IMG/VR virus record: IMGVR_UViG_3300028844_006119
Coordinates: 64,001 to 128,000 of that record
Direction: 5' to 3' (one strand)
Source of the DNA: a virus
DNA: 64,000 bases
Made by a program: the position numbers and the translations under genes. A model generated the notes under the pieces. It had not been told where the DNA came from. It made no database searches and saw only the letters and a list, made by a program, of their open reading frames with translations. This document shows positions 27,365 to 37,833 of the stretch, in pieces. Each line of letters begins with the position of its first letter. Within the stretch, counting starts at the first letter, position 1.

Positions 27365-28564
27365 ATGCCCGCACCCGTCTCCCCAGCAGCGCCTTCTCCG
27401 GCATTGATCCTCCAAGGGCGCATCTCTGAAGTAGATGCGCCCCGGTGGCTATGCAAGGTGCGGGTTGACGGGAGAGACGATGATGTGACCACGACCATCC
27501 CATCTGTGTACTCTCATCCGATGAACGGGGAGGGGATCCACTTCTTGCCGGAGGTTGGAGCGTTTTGCTACGTCTGCTTTAGCTCCGACAAGAAGACCAT
27601 CCCCTTCCTGCTTTCTGCTGGAGCCGCAACGGTGCCGAAGGATCGGTCTTCATCCGAAGGCCTTCCCGGGTCGATGGATATGTTCCGTCCCCTCCTGACC
27701 GCAGGGGACATTGCCCTTCTCACTAGAGACGGCAACGGCCTTACCCTGCGCAGAGGAGGAGTGACGGAACTCAAGGGCACGTCCCTGGCTAAGATCGTGT
27801 TCAACCCGACGATGAACCAGGTGTTCACCATCGCTGAGAACTACCGGGTCCAGACGTTTGGAGGATCTACTGAGTGGAAGAACCTCCGACGCGAGGAAAA
27901 CCCAGATGGCCAGGTCAGGACGCGGCTCTCTACTGTGGTCAAGGAGTACGCCACCTCCAAGGGCTACAGTGTCCGTCTCCAGATGGGTGCCACTGAGGGA
28001 GCGCCTGTTGCGCTTCAGGGCGACGATTCGGCAGAGAAAGCGCCGGACAAGGTGGTGGAAGAGTCGGAAGCTGTGACGCTCTCCGGTACAGGAGATACAT
28101 ACACGGTCACGGTGCCCAAGTCTGTTCCGCTGCTGGACAGCACTAGGGTTGTGGACTTCAGGATCTACGAGGACGAGACGGTCGCTGAAGATGCGCTAGA
28201 GGTAGTGATGAATCTCGGCATGGACCGAGAAGGAGACATCCAACTCGAGACCGATGGCGCTATGAAGATCGACGTGCCCAAGAAGTGGGTGGAGATTGTC
28301 GTTGGAGGCAGCACTCCGTTTATCAATACGGAAGCGGCAGGGGCGCAGAAGGTACTGGTAACTACTGGGACACAGGGCAACACTGAGCCGGTGATCAAGG
28401 GATTCGCATTCCTGTCAGATCTTGCGGCCTCTCTGACCGAGATTAAGACGGCCCTGAACGGGCTCGGCATTCCGACTGTCTCGACGGATGCCCTATTGGC
28501 AAACATCCTTACTTCTGTGGCGGACGGAGCTCCATATCTGTCTACTACTCTGGAGAGTGAATAA
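27365..28564 (+). CDS. Baseplate spike (gpV/gp5-like, OB-fold N-terminus)
   Basis: GRISEVD...CKVRV...GIHFLPEVGAFCYVCF, followed by beta-rich sequence. Confidence 0.65.
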   Translation: MPAPVSPAAPSPALILQGRISEVDAPRWLCKVRVDGRDDDVTTTIPSVYSHPMNGEGIHFLPEVGAFCYVCFSSDKKTIPFLLSAGAATVPKDRSSSEGLPGSMDMFRPLLTAGDIALLTRDGNGLTLRRGGVTELKGTSLAKIVFNPTMNQVFTIAENYRVQTFGGSTEWKNLRREENPDGQVRTRLSTVVKEYATSKGYSVRLQMGATEGAPVALQGDDSAEKAPDKVVEESEAVTLSGTGDTYTVTVPKSVPLLDSTRVVDFRIYEDETVAEDALEVVMNLGMDREGDIQLETDGAMKIDVPKKWVEIVVGGSTPFINTEAAGAQKVLVTTGTQGNTEPVIKGFAFLSDLAASLTEIKTALNGLGIPTVSTDALLANILTSVADGAPYLSTTLESE

Positions 28565-28797
28565 TGCCCCTCACCGGCACCGAAGATGCTCTCTCTGCTG
28601 CGATTAAGGCTAAGGTCCAGACTAATAACCCTGACTTTGCCAGTAAGATCGGGGATGATTGGGATTGGCTGTTTGACTCTATCGCCAAGGCGGTTGTAGA
28701 TCACGTCAGAGACAATATTTTGGTCGCCGGCACTACGGTTACGACGTGTGGTGCTGGTGCCGGTTCCGGTGTCTTCACCCACGTTTCCACTTCTTGA
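28564..28797 (+). CDS. Small protein, possibly the spike tip
   Basis: 77 aa, directly after the spike gene. Confidence 0.4.
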   Translation: MPLTGTEDALSAAIKAKVQTNNPDFASKIGDDWDWLFDSIAKAVVDHVRDNILVAGTTVTTCGAGAGSGVFTHVSTS

Positions 28798-28805
28798 GGA
28801 CTAAA

Positions 28806-30146
28806 ATGGCACAACTCCTATTTCTGCCTGATGTCGACCCGAATTCCTTTTTCGAGAAGGAGGCGTCGATCTCGAAGATGCCCGAGGACGAGAAGGATTG
28901 GCCCAGCCACATCCTGAGCATGCTGTACGAGCAGCTGCCCTTCCTCAGCAAGTTCTCGGTCAACATCATGATCCAGAGAATGGAGCCGGAGGCAGGATTT
29001 GCGTTTGGTTACGCCCTGGTTCTGTCTAAGAGCGATCCGCGGGTCTCCACTGAGTCCAAGAACGTTGAGAACGGGATCCGCATTCCTCTCATCGTGGCAG
29101 ATCGGCAGCTCCAGCCGTTCCATACCTTTGAGCTGAAGGGACAGGTCCGGCCCCTTACTCCTGAACGAGTCGCGGCTGCCATGATGAACCCCGCGATGTT
29201 CGACGGCCCGGCCACAAAGCCCGAGACTCAGAAGTCTCTCGTCGATCAGATGTACCCGCCCTACCAGCAGCGCCAGGGCTTCGGCATGACCAGCAGTGGA
29301 AATGCAGGAGGCATGGGTAAGGTCAGTTCTATGCCCCTCTCTGCTATGACGGCCCCACAGCTAAAGCAGCACGCCCGACTGAAGGAAACTGAGAGGGGAG
29401 ATGCCGCTGCGGCATCCATGACCAGCGGTCAGCGGCTGGAGCAGGCAGGAAGAGCTGCCATTGTCCCCACTGCTGCGGGTGCGTTGATCTCGGCAGGCAG
29501 AGGTGCCATGAAAGGCGGCGGGACTTGGAAAAACAGACTTGCCCGTGGGGCGGCTGGGGTCACTACCGGAGCCCTAACGGGTGCGGGAATCTCTGCAGTA
29601 AATACCGGAGTTCAGGAGTCCGCTAGAGTGGCACGGGATGCTCAGAGGGCTAAGTTGGCCTCCCGGATTAAGAAGGGTCTGCCTCCTGCGCTCGCCCGCA
29701 ACGCAGCAAAGGTAAAAGCAGTGCAGAATCCGGAGGCGGGCGCAGAGGTCCCTGCGGGGCTGCGGAAGAAGGGTTCGGTAAGGGAAGCCCACGTAAAGGA
29801 AGCACTGGCCCGCCTGGACTTCAATCCCAGCCGTAGGATTCCTTCAAACATGGTTATGAAGGGCTCTAAGGTCAAGGTGATGCCGGGCGTTACCGCCATG
29901 TCCCTGCGCTTCTTCCCCGTCATGGGAACAAAATTTGTAATAGGCGTGGATACCAAGCTGGCGAAGAAGCTCGGGAAGATGAAGGATCAGAATCAGATCC
30001 GGCAAGCACTAATGGGGCCCATGAAGGCGGAGATCCGGGCTGCGCGCGGTAAGCGCCCCTCCCCCGGAATGTTCATGCTCTTCTCCAAGACGAAGACGGG
30101 ATACGCGTACCAGGTTCCCACCCCCATCCCCGGGATGGCCGCGTGA
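28806..30146 (+). CDS. Virion protein: globular N-terminal domain plus basic Gly-rich modules
   Basis: FEKEAS, GKVSS, KKGS and VKEA boundaries. Confidence 0.65.
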   Translation: MAQLLFLPDVDPNSFFEKEASISKMPEDEKDWPSHILSMLYEQLPFLSKFSVNIMIQRMEPEAGFAFGYALVLSKSDPRVSTESKNVENGIRIPLIVADRQLQPFHTFELKGQVRPLTPERVAAAMMNPAMFDGPATKPETQKSLVDQMYPPYQQRQGFGMTSSGNAGGMGKVSSMPLSAMTAPQLKQHARLKETERGDAAAASMTSGQRLEQAGRAAIVPTAAGALISAGRGAMKGGGTWKNRLARGAAGVTTGALTGAGISAVNTGVQESARVARDAQRAKLASRIKKGLPPALARNAAKVKAVQNPEAGAEVPAGLRKKGSVREAHVKEALARLDFNPSRRIPSNMVMKGSKVKVMPGVTAMSLRFFPVMGTKFVIGVDTKLAKKLGKMKDQNQIRQALMGPMKAEIRAARGKRPSPGMFMLFSKTKTGYAYQVPTPIPGMAA

Positions 30147-30961
30147 TTCCCTTCTACCCCAAGTTTGGAAGCCAGGAGGATGCTCCAGGGTATGGCCCTG
30201 CTGCGTCCGAGGATAAGTGCGAGAACTGCGCGCATTATCGTAACTTGGGGAACCAAGGGCACTGCGAGAAGTTCTCGTTTATGTGCCAGCCTGAGTACGC
30301 CTGTGACGACTTCCGGCCTTCGGGAGTAATCAAGGAGTCCAGCGTGGTTGCGGAGGCTGCGGCCCTCCCCCGGAAGAAGGTCGAGGCGGTACAGGACACT
30401 GCGCGTGCCCTAAAAGAGAGAAACATCTCTCGAGCCCTGAACTCTGCCCAAAAAGACCTGATGCCGGGGAGATACGACAAGGCCATTGAGAACCTAAAGC
30501 ATCTATACCCCAAAGAGGCTGCTTCTCCTTTCATGCAGGGACTCGATCCTCTTGCAGGGGAGGTCGCCCGGGGAGCTATCCGGGATCGGCTGAATCCCGA
30601 CGTCTCTTCGGAGGAAATGACCCGCAGACGGAGACTCGCGACGCTGGGCGGAGTAGTCGGAGGCGGAGTCCTGGTCCCTGGCGCAGTCTCCGCTGTCCTA
30701 GGGGCCGGTGTTGGAGCTATGGGGAATAGAGGGTTGGGGAGAGTTACGGGAGCCGCGCGCCAGGCAGGGCGGGCTCTGCGAGGAACCTTTACCCGGGCAG
30801 GAAGTCCTGCTCTTATTGCCGGGGCAGGGATCGGAGCAATGGGGGCTCGCTCCCAATACGATTTAGGGGCGGGGCTTGCCGAGCTTGCCGCCGAGAAGCA
30901 CGCCTCTACCGACCACAGCTTGCGGTCTTTTCTTAGGAAGAATCATGAACAAGAACGCTAA
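30143..30961 (+). CDS. Cys-rich N-terminal domain plus glycine-zipper module
   Basis: CENCAHY...C...C...CDDF; IKESS, PKEAAS, EKHAS. Confidence 0.65.
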   Translation: MIPFYPKFGSQEDAPGYGPAASEDKCENCAHYRNLGNQGHCEKFSFMCQPEYACDDFRPSGVIKESSVVAEAAALPRKKVEAVQDTARALKERNISRALNSAQKDLMPGRYDKAIENLKHLYPKEAASPFMQGLDPLAGEVARGAIRDRLNPDVSSEEMTRRRRLATLGGVVGGGVLVPGAVSAVLGAGVGAMGNRGLGRVTGAARQAGRALRGTFTRAGSPALIAGAGIGAMGARSQYDLGAGLAELAAEKHASTDHSLRSFLRKNHEQER

Positions 30962-32933
30962 GGTCTTTGGGGCCACCCACGACTCCGACAGAGCGAACAA
31001 TGCGGCCATCCCCTACTCTGGTAGGCGGCGGGAATATGTTCTCTACCTCAATGCGAAGTCTAAGGAATCCCCCACCAAGCTGGTTACGGCGCTCCTAACT
31101 GGGGCAGGTCTCGGAGGACTGGCGGGAGGACTTGCCGGCCTTGGTGGGGGCGCGAAAGGTGCCCTAGTTGGTATCCTTGCTGGGGCCCTTGGTGGCTCCC
31201 TCTTCGGCGCCCTGGCTAAGGCCATCGATGATGGGAACATTCAAGAGGCTAAGCGCATCCTCCGTAAGGGCCACATCGACCAGGGGCTTGGGGAAGCCAT
31301 CATGCGAAACCAGCGAGCCAAGGAACAGGTGGCCCGGAGCAGACACTCCGAGACCCAACGCCGTCTCTCTGGAATCGAGAGAGGTATGAGTCGAGCCAGC
31401 AGCTACCCACACCGTAGTCGTAGGGTCACTGTGAAGGTCGGATCTCTTTGTTCCAAGATCGCAGGTACCTTGAACGAGTCCGACTTCGAGCGCTTCAATG
31501 AGGTGTTTTCCGACGCCAATACTCGACGAATGATTGAGAAGAACGCCTCCGTCATGGAGTGCCTCACCCTCCTGACTGACTCGGAGATTCACAGCACCGA
31601 CAAGATGGCTTCGGCGGCGGCCTCGGCATTCACGATGGGCTACGACGTGGTCCAGGTGAGACCTTCCGGCTACGGCTACACAGTCAAGGTGTCCGCTGCT
31701 CCGCAGGGCGTGGCCCCGCAAGAAACCCAGATGACTCAGCAGCAGGCTCAGCAGGCTCTTCCTCCTGAGATGCTTCAGGCTGCAGACCAGCAGGGCGCTG
31801 GCACGGTCACCAACGTGCAGGCAGACCCCGATCCGCTCGCGGAGAAGATGGCGCCGGCTACCGGGTTCGGCCTCTACAAGGTCACCGATGCTACTTCAGG
31901 CAAGCAGGTCGTTGGCTATGTCATTCCCGGACTGTTTGATCCGGTCTCGGGACAGCCCTCGCAGGTGAGCCTGTTCACCAACGGCTCCGCATACTGCGTG
32001 CAGCCGGTCATCAGCGGCTCCCTGTTGGGCGTGAACTTCAATCTTCCCATCCCGGAGAGCCCGGAAGTTCGCGGTTTGGGCGTGTTCGTCAAGAACAACG
32101 AGAAGGCCATCATCGCGACCATGCCGTACAACATCATCACTAAGGTGTCGGTTGAAGGTAAGGGCTACTTCGCCGCGCAGGACATGCAGGGCAACGACAT
32201 CCGCATCATCCCTTCTGAGGGCATTGCAAAGCCGGTTGCGACCTCTGCCACCGAGATTGTGATTCCCGCAGACTACAAGTTCATGCCTCTCGAGAACCCC
32301 ATCCAGCTTGCTGGCGGGGAAGAGCTGATGAAGTCCGCTCAGGCCAACGCGTTCCATACGATGATGGAGCTCCGGGCCTGGAGTGGAGGATGTCGCCTCG
32401 ATGGTCCCGTCTTCGAGAAGGTGGGATCGGGTGAGCACGACTGGGCCGACGGTGTCTTCTGGATGGCCGCTGCCGGTGTCCCCCAGAACGTAGGCTCTGC
32501 ACTTCTGGAGAAGGCAGCTTCCACAGGAGAGCCTCTCCGTCTGTTTGGTCTTGCGCCGCTTTCTACTCGAGAGGAGTACGTGGTCGAGGCAGAGAAGGAA
32601 GCCATGGCGGAAATGGCAGACATCGAGATTCCCCAGAGAGTCAACCTCCTTAAGGAGATCGCAGCGGTGACCTTCTCCAAGGAAGCATCGGCACTTGTGG
32701 ACACTACGTCTGTGGATGCCGTGCTTGCCCTCAACTTCCTCAACCCCGAGAATGTTGAGACCTTTGTAGAGCACCTGCCGCAGCTTGAGCACGCTTCCGA
32801 GAAGCTTGCCAATATCGTTCTGGCGTCTCAGCTGGGGCTTCAGTCCATCTCTAAGACCGCAGCCGTCCGTGCGATGTTTGCACTTGAAGATGTCATCTCA
32901 GGACTCAAGAGCCTCAAGACGTACTCGGTGTAA
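30945..32933 (+). CDS. Large virion/core protein with N-terminal glycine zipper and many K-x-A sites
   Basis: GAGLGGLAGGLAGLGG; SKIAG, EKNAS, DKMAS, MKSAQ, EKAAS, EKEAM, SKEAS, SKTAA. Confidence 0.7.
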   Translation: MNKNAKVFGATHDSDRANNAAIPYSGRRREYVLYLNAKSKESPTKLVTALLTGAGLGGLAGGLAGLGGGAKGALVGILAGALGGSLFGALAKAIDDGNIQEAKRILRKGHIDQGLGEAIMRNQRAKEQVARSRHSETQRRLSGIERGMSRASSYPHRSRRVTVKVGSLCSKIAGTLNESDFERFNEVFSDANTRRMIEKNASVMECLTLLTDSEIHSTDKMASAAASAFTMGYDVVQVRPSGYGYTVKVSAAPQGVAPQETQMTQQQAQQALPPEMLQAADQQGAGTVTNVQADPDPLAEKMAPATGFGLYKVTDATSGKQVVGYVIPGLFDPVSGQPSQVSLFTNGSAYCVQPVISGSLLGVNFNLPIPESPEVRGLGVFVKNNEKAIIATMPYNIITKVSVEGKGYFAAQDMQGNDIRIIPSEGIAKPVATSATEIVIPADYKFMPLENPIQLAGGEELMKSAQANAFHTMMELRAWSGGCRLDGPVFEKVGSGEHDWADGVFWMAAAGVPQNVGSALLEKAASTGEPLRLFGLAPLSTREEYVVEAEKEAMAEMADIEIPQRVNLLKEIAAVTFSKEASALVDTTSVDAVLALNFLNPENVETFVEHLPQLEHASEKLANIVLASQLGLQSISKTAAVRAMFALEDVISGLKSLKTYSV

Positions 32934-32934
32934 A

Positions 32935-33801
32935 ATGGCACATCCTGCAGAGTTCTTCATTAAGTACCTATTGGTAGCCGACGAGGGTATCTCGTTGGAC
33001 TCCATCAATAGTACGTTGGAGCTCCACGGGATCTCATCGATTGAGGGCTCTGACCTAAAGATCATTCGAGAGGATCTTGGGCAGAGACCCTCTGACTTTC
33101 AGCCGTGGGACAGGTCTCATAGGGCTACAAATAGCTGGCTAAAAAAGAAGCGCATCTTCTCGCTTGTGCATCCTGATGTCAGCACGTTGGAGATGAAGAA
33201 GACTATCCTCTCCAGTGGCCGGACTCGGGAGAAGGTGGACCGACTTCTCTTGGGGAACGTCTCGTACTTGGAGGCTTCCCACAGGGTCACCAAGCTTGGG
33301 ATGCGCGTCTCCGATGCTGCGATCTCCGAGTACTGTCACTACTTCTGGAACACCCAGACGATGGGCGTGAGTGATTGGGCGGCGTACCTGGAGCGAGATT
33401 CTTCGGAGAGAACCTCTGCTGTGCGGAGCGCCTACTCCCTGGCGATGATGGCAGGCCCGGATGCCGCGATGTACCGCATCGGCGTCAAGAAGCAGCTGGA
33501 CGGCAAGAAGATCATGATGGAGGTGCAGGCAGAGCTGTACCACACCTTCTTGGAGACCAGAACACTGCCGCTATCCACGAAGAAGGTGGAGATGCTCTCG
33601 GCATTGGCTCGCGGACTTGCTAGAATCGACGAGCGCGTTCAGGCGGGGGACTCTGCACTGCAGGAAACCCTGAAGAAGTTCGAGAAGTTCAAGGTCCTAC
33701 ATAACGAGGCCAAGCCTCCCAGCCTTCTAGAGCTTGCACCTGCGGGATCTGTTAGCAATAGGTCTCGCGACGAAATCCTTACCTCCGGGGCACAAAAATG
33801 A
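32935..33801 (+). CDS. Hypothetical helical protein
   Basis: ORF starting MAHPAEFF. Confidence 0.7.
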   Translation: MAHPAEFFIKYLLVADEGISLDSINSTLELHGISSIEGSDLKIIREDLGQRPSDFQPWDRSHRATNSWLKKKRIFSLVHPDVSTLEMKKTILSSGRTREKVDRLLLGNVSYLEASHRVTKLGMRVSDAAISEYCHYFWNTQTMGVSDWAAYLERDSSERTSAVRSAYSLAMMAGPDAAMYRIGVKKQLDGKKIMMEVQAELYHTFLETRTLPLSTKKVEMLSALARGLARIDERVQAGDSALQETLKKFEKFKVLHNEAKPPSLLELAPAGSVSNRSRDEILTSGAQK

Positions 33802-34745
33802 CCATCAAAGCAAGAACTACTCGGACGGAGAACGATCTCGTTGCCTTCGCCAATGCCAACAACATCCCCCTGTCCACGCTAGACCACACGGTCAACAGCT
33901 CTGGGATGTTCACGGTGTTCCATTCGGATGCAACGGTGGACCATGGCGCGGTAGTCTACGGCACGGACGGTACTACGGGGGCTGCGCCTGGCGTCACCAA
34001 TATCGCCACGGCCATTGCTTCGGGATCGTACACGCAGCCCATCAACGTAGCAAACTCTGGGTCTCTTACCCTTTGGCTCACGGTAGTGGCGAGTAACAAC
34101 TCCAAGCTAGATATCTACGTTCGGGAGTCTCGGCTTGGCGAGCCCGACGCGGCCGTAGCTACAAATTGGCATCTCCCTCGGTTCGAGACGCGAGCAAGCG
34201 GATCGGGAACTGTTGTTCTCAAGGAGCACAAGACTGAGCTACAGAGCTCGGACATGAATGTCGCCGGCGGCAAGTACGTGTTCAGCATTCCAGTTGACCA
34301 CGCGAACTGGGTCTCCCTAGTATTCGTCGGAAATGCCGTTCACAGAATCACCGTCATTGCAGAGGTACCGAACTGTACCGAACTGATGAGTACGCCTGAC
34401 TTTATGCAAGATCCCGATCGCTCAAAGCCGGGACATGAGGTTGCCTTCAACGTTCCCCCTCGTATGCTGTACGAGGGCCGAAACTTCAAGGCAGAGATCG
34501 TCACTCGAGGAGATGATCTCATCTACCAGTTCTTTCGTACGCGCCACACGGACTTCCGAAGCCTGGTAGCAGAGATCATCGAAGACCACTTCGGGGACTC
34601 CTCTAAGTTCTCCGCAGCCACTGTCCCGGAGCTCAAGTCTCTGGGTGTTCGTGCTCGGGGCGTTCTGGACGCTCCATTTTTCAATCTAGACCACTACACG
34701 TCCTCCTTTTTGGGCCTGGTCGATGCTTGCCTCGACGAAGGCTAA
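33798..34745 (+). CDS. Hypothetical protein, beta-rich N-terminal part
   Basis: ORF coupled by ATGA overlap. Confidence 0.7.
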   Translation: MTIKARTTRTENDLVAFANANNIPLSTLDHTVNSSGMFTVFHSDATVDHGAVVYGTDGTTGAAPGVTNIATAIASGSYTQPINVANSGSLTLWLTVVASNNSKLDIYVRESRLGEPDAAVATNWHLPRFETRASGSGTVVLKEHKTELQSSDMNVAGGKYVFSIPVDHANWVSLVFVGNAVHRITVIAEVPNCTELMSTPDFMQDPDRSKPGHEVAFNVPPRMLYEGRNFKAEIVTRGDDLIYQFFRTRHTDFRSLVAEIIEDHFGDSSKFSAATVPELKSLGVRARGVLDAPFFNLDHYTSSFLGLVDACLDEG

Positions 34746-34746
34746 G

Positions 34747-35178
34747 ATGGAGAGACTTAAGATGGATCCAGTTACTGCAATTGTTATTGCCATCCTTGTT
34801 GGGGTTGGTGCGGGCATTGGTACTGGCGTGGGCATTAGCGGTGCCGCGCATTCAAAGGCTACTGCCAAGGCGATTGAAGCGCAGGCAGACAACATCGAGG
34901 CGCTGCAGTCGGGCCAGGCAGTCATTCTAGAGAATGCCACCAAGCCGATTGTGATTGATGCGGAGATCCGCAGCACGCTGGCAGATGTCCCAGTCCAGTG
35001 CCGCACAGAAGTTGGCGGAGACCCTACGACGGTAGAGTGTCAGTGGGCTACCTGCATTCAGTACGGGCAAAGCAGCGCGAACCGACCGGAGTGCCGGGAA
35101 GTCGAAAAGCTGATGATCGCAAAGCTGCAGGAAGTGGCCTGCCCTGAGCCCGCTATTGGCGACGACGAGGGCGAGTAG
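34747..35178 (+). CDS. Single-TM membrane protein with Cys-rich C-terminal domain (spanin-like candidate)
   Basis: TAIVIAILVGVGAGIGTGVGISG, coiled segment, five Cys. Confidence 0.5.
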   Translation: MERLKMDPVTAIVIAILVGVGAGIGTGVGISGAAHSKATAKAIEAQADNIEALQSGQAVILENATKPIVIDAEIRSTLADVPVQCRTEVGGDPTTVECQWATCIQYGQSSANRPECREVEKLMIAKLQEVACPEPAIGDDEGE

Positions 35179-35488
35179 CGTCCTTCTTGAAGGGCGTGTT
35201 GTCCTGCACTGGACCGAGTCCTTTGATCAAAATCAGCGCCTTAAAGTCCCACTTACTCCAGTGGGACTTTTTGTATACGGCGTCATTGGCCTCGCACCAC
35301 TCCTTCAATAGGGACCTAAAAAAAGCGACCTCCTCTTTGCGCACTCTCCGGTGAAGCCGCAAGTGGAACACCCAACGAAGGGGGTCCACTTGCGGCTTCA
35401 AGTCCCAGGCGTAGAGATCACCGAGCAGGGCTCGCTGAAAGCTCTCCACCGCTCTGGGTACCCATTTGAGGGAGAGGGGTGTACTCAC
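35153..35488 (-). CDS. Hypothetical protein
   Basis: Second gene of a minus-strand island. Confidence 0.55.
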   Translation of the reverse strand: MSTPLSLKWVPRAVESFQRALLGDLYAWDLKPQVDPLRWVFHLRLHRRVRKEEVAFFRSLLKEWCEANDAVYKKSHWSKWDFKALILIKGLGPVQDNTPFKKDATRPRRRQ

Positions 35489-35981
35489 CGAGTCCCTCCT
35501 TTAGGGTGTGTTTCTTCTTCCTAGCATCCCACTCTACCTCGATCATGAGACCGAGTGGGTATTCCGAGACGAGGTCTCGGAAGGTGGAATTCCACACACT
35601 CCTCACTTGCTCTTTGTTGTAGAGCCGCATCTTAGCCTCCACAGCGAGGACCGCGATGTTTCGCGGCCCCTGTGGAGTCTTGATCTCGCAGTGGAGCCAA
35701 CACTGCATTCCGAACCATTTATGGAACGTGATCGTGTGGCCCCTTACGGGAAGGATCCCCTCGTCCTGGCAGCGCCAGGAGTAGAAGCGCTTACAGCGCC
35801 TCTTGATCTCCTCGGCGGACTCGTCGTATGTCTTTCCTACATCCGAGGCCAAATCCTCCTCGTCCAGAATGGAAAAGGTATGGACCCGGAGAAGAGGATC
35901 CTGGAGATGGACGAGAGTAAACTCTCGGCCTCTCATCATCCTCTTCTCTACTCCGCACAGCAAAAATTCTGATTCTGACAT
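35418..35981 (-). CDS. Hypothetical protein
   Basis: AAGGAGG RBS and an upstream GGCATAA motif. Confidence 0.7.
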   Translation of the reverse strand: MSESEFLLCGVEKRMMRGREFTLVHLQDPLLRVHTFSILDEEDLASDVGKTYDESAEEIKRRCKRFYSWRCQDEGILPVRGHTITFHKWFGMQCWLHCEIKTPQGPRNIAVLAVEAKMRLYNKEQVRSVWNSTFRDLVSEYPLGLMIEVEWDARKKKHTLKEGLGEYTPLPQMGTQSGGELSASPAR

Positions 35982-36010
35982 TAGTGCCTCCTTTTTTGTT
36001 AGCAGAGGAC

Positions 36011-36017
36011 TTATGCC
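36011..36017 (-). promoter_or_regulatory. GGCATAA candidate phage promoter
   Basis: TTATGCC, 30 nt upstream of the start at 35981. Confidence 0.55.
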
Positions 36018-36046
36018 TTACAATGGTCCAAACTTTAGGAGGCCAG

Positions 36047-37771
36047 ATGGATAACTCTGAGCCCTGGGATTATGCTCCTCCCTCAGTCGACCCGGACTTG
36101 GAGCAGGCATACGAAGAGGAAACCGCGGACATCCGCCTCCCCGTGTTGCCGTCCCAGTTCATTGAGACTTCCGTCTTGATGCCAGATCCGCACACGCGGA
36201 GCCTCACCAACTTTTCCTTTGGCGAGAGAAAGTATCTTCGGGAGATCTACGACATCCGGGCTCCGAGAGTCCTTCTTATGTGCGGCAGGCAGGTTGAGAA
36301 AAGTACTACGCTGGGCAACAAGGCCCTTGCCTACTCGTGCCTCATTCCGCACTTCAAGATTCTCTATGTCTCTCCGTCTAGTACGCAGACCAAGGAGTTC
36401 TCCAAGACGAGACTGAAGGAGCCCCTCGAGACGTGCCCGGACCTGAAGACCTGGTTCCCGTCTCATTTGACGGACAACGTCTTCGAGAAGAAGGCCATCA
36501 ACCGGAGTCAGATCACTCTCCGGTATGCGTTCCTGAACGCCGATAGATGCCGTGGCCTCTCGGCAGACCTCATCTGCATGGACGAGTTTCAGGATCTGCT
36601 CCTGGACAACATTCCGGTCATCGAAGAGGCCGCCTCGCACAGCCCCTTCAAGTGGTTCATCTACAGTGGGACGCCTAAGTCCCTGGACAACCCCATCCAG
36701 CACTACTGGGATACCTACTCCACGCAGAACGAGTGGGTGGTTCCGTGTGATAGGCACGGCACCCCAAACAACCCAGGGTCGTGGCACTGGAACATCCTTG
36801 GGGAAAAGAACATCGGCATCAATGGGCTGATCTGCGACAAGTGCGGAAACCTCATCAAGCCCGACCACCCCATGTCTCAATGGGTGAAAACCGGAAATCC
36901 CAACCCCAAGTACGACACGTTTGAGGGGTACCGCATCCCCCAGCTGATGGTGCCCTGGATTGAGTGGTCGAACATCCTCACCAAGTACAACCAGTACCCC
37001 AGAGGTAAGTTCTACAATGAGGTTTTAGGCGCAAGCTTCGACTCTGGGCAGCGCCCACTGACTCGTCAGGATGTCTACGACAACTGCGACCCAGAGATGA
37101 GCATGTCTGTGGAGGGCGTTCAGAAGAACAAGACCGGAGCCACGCAGCTCTACGCCGGGATCGACTGGGGACAGGACAGCACAAACTCCTACACCATCGT
37201 CACCATCGGCGGATACATCGGCGGCAAGTTCAAGATTATCTTCGCGCACAGGTTCAGCGGCGCGGAATCTGAGCCCAAAGTCCAGATCGAGAAGATCAAG
37301 AAGCTCCTGGTCAGCTTCAATGTCGTTCGGGTAGGAGTTGACTATGGTGGAGGTTATTGGCCGAATGACGAGCTGCTGAGAAGCTTTGGCTCTCAGAGGA
37401 TTGTCAGGTACCAGTACTCCACCCCAAAGACGATGATGAAGTACGACTCGAACAAGGGCCGGTTCTTGATCCACCGGTCTGAAGTGATGAGTGCTGTGTT
37501 CAATGCGATCAAGCGTCGGTCGGTCTTTCGGTTCCCCAAGTGGCCTGAGTGGGGAACTCCTTTCGGGTCCGACATGCTGGCCATCTTCAGCGAGTACAAT
37601 GAGCGAAGTCGGAACACCGAGTACAAGAAGTCCCCTAATACGACGGATGATACGTTTCACGCGCTGGTGCTGTGCTTCTTGGCGTCGATGATAGACAACC
37701 CTCGACCCGACATCCTGGTTCCAAACCAGGCTATTGACCGCAGGCTAAACGATCTCGAAGATTACAGCTAA
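36047..37771 (+). CDS. terL: Terminase large subunit
   Basis: GRQVEKST Walker A-like motif, ICMDE Walker B, SGTP, Zn motif C..H..CDKC, nuclease GIDWG and DDTFHA; AGGAGG RBS. Confidence 0.9.
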   Translation: MDNSEPWDYAPPSVDPDLEQAYEEETADIRLPVLPSQFIETSVLMPDPHTRSLTNFSFGERKYLREIYDIRAPRVLLMCGRQVEKSTTLGNKALAYSCLIPHFKILYVSPSSTQTKEFSKTRLKEPLETCPDLKTWFPSHLTDNVFEKKAINRSQITLRYAFLNADRCRGLSADLICMDEFQDLLLDNIPVIEEAASHSPFKWFIYSGTPKSLDNPIQHYWDTYSTQNEWVVPCDRHGTPNNPGSWHWNILGEKNIGINGLICDKCGNLIKPDHPMSQWVKTGNPNPKYDTFEGYRIPQLMVPWIEWSNILTKYNQYPRGKFYNEVLGASFDSGQRPLTRQDVYDNCDPEMSMSVEGVQKNKTGATQLYAGIDWGQDSTNSYTIVTIGGYIGGKFKIIFAHRFSGAESEPKVQIEKIKKLLVSFNVVRVGVDYGGGYWPNDELLRSFGSQRIVRYQYSTPKTMMKYDSNKGRFLIHRSEVMSAVFNAIKRRSVFRFPKWPEWGTPFGSDMLAIFSEYNERSRNTEYKKSPNTTDDTFHALVLCFLASMIDNPRPDILVPNQAIDRRLNDLEDYS

Positions 37772-37790
37772 AGTGTGCCGGTAGGGCACA

Positions 37791-37822
37791 GCCCGGCCCC
37801 CGAAGGGGCCGGGCCTATTTTC
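37791..37822 (+). terminator. Intrinsic terminator between convergent genes
   Basis: GCCCGGCCCC-CGAA-GGGGCCGGGC followed by CTATTTT. Confidence 0.7.
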
Positions 37823-37833
37823 TGCTGGCCAGC

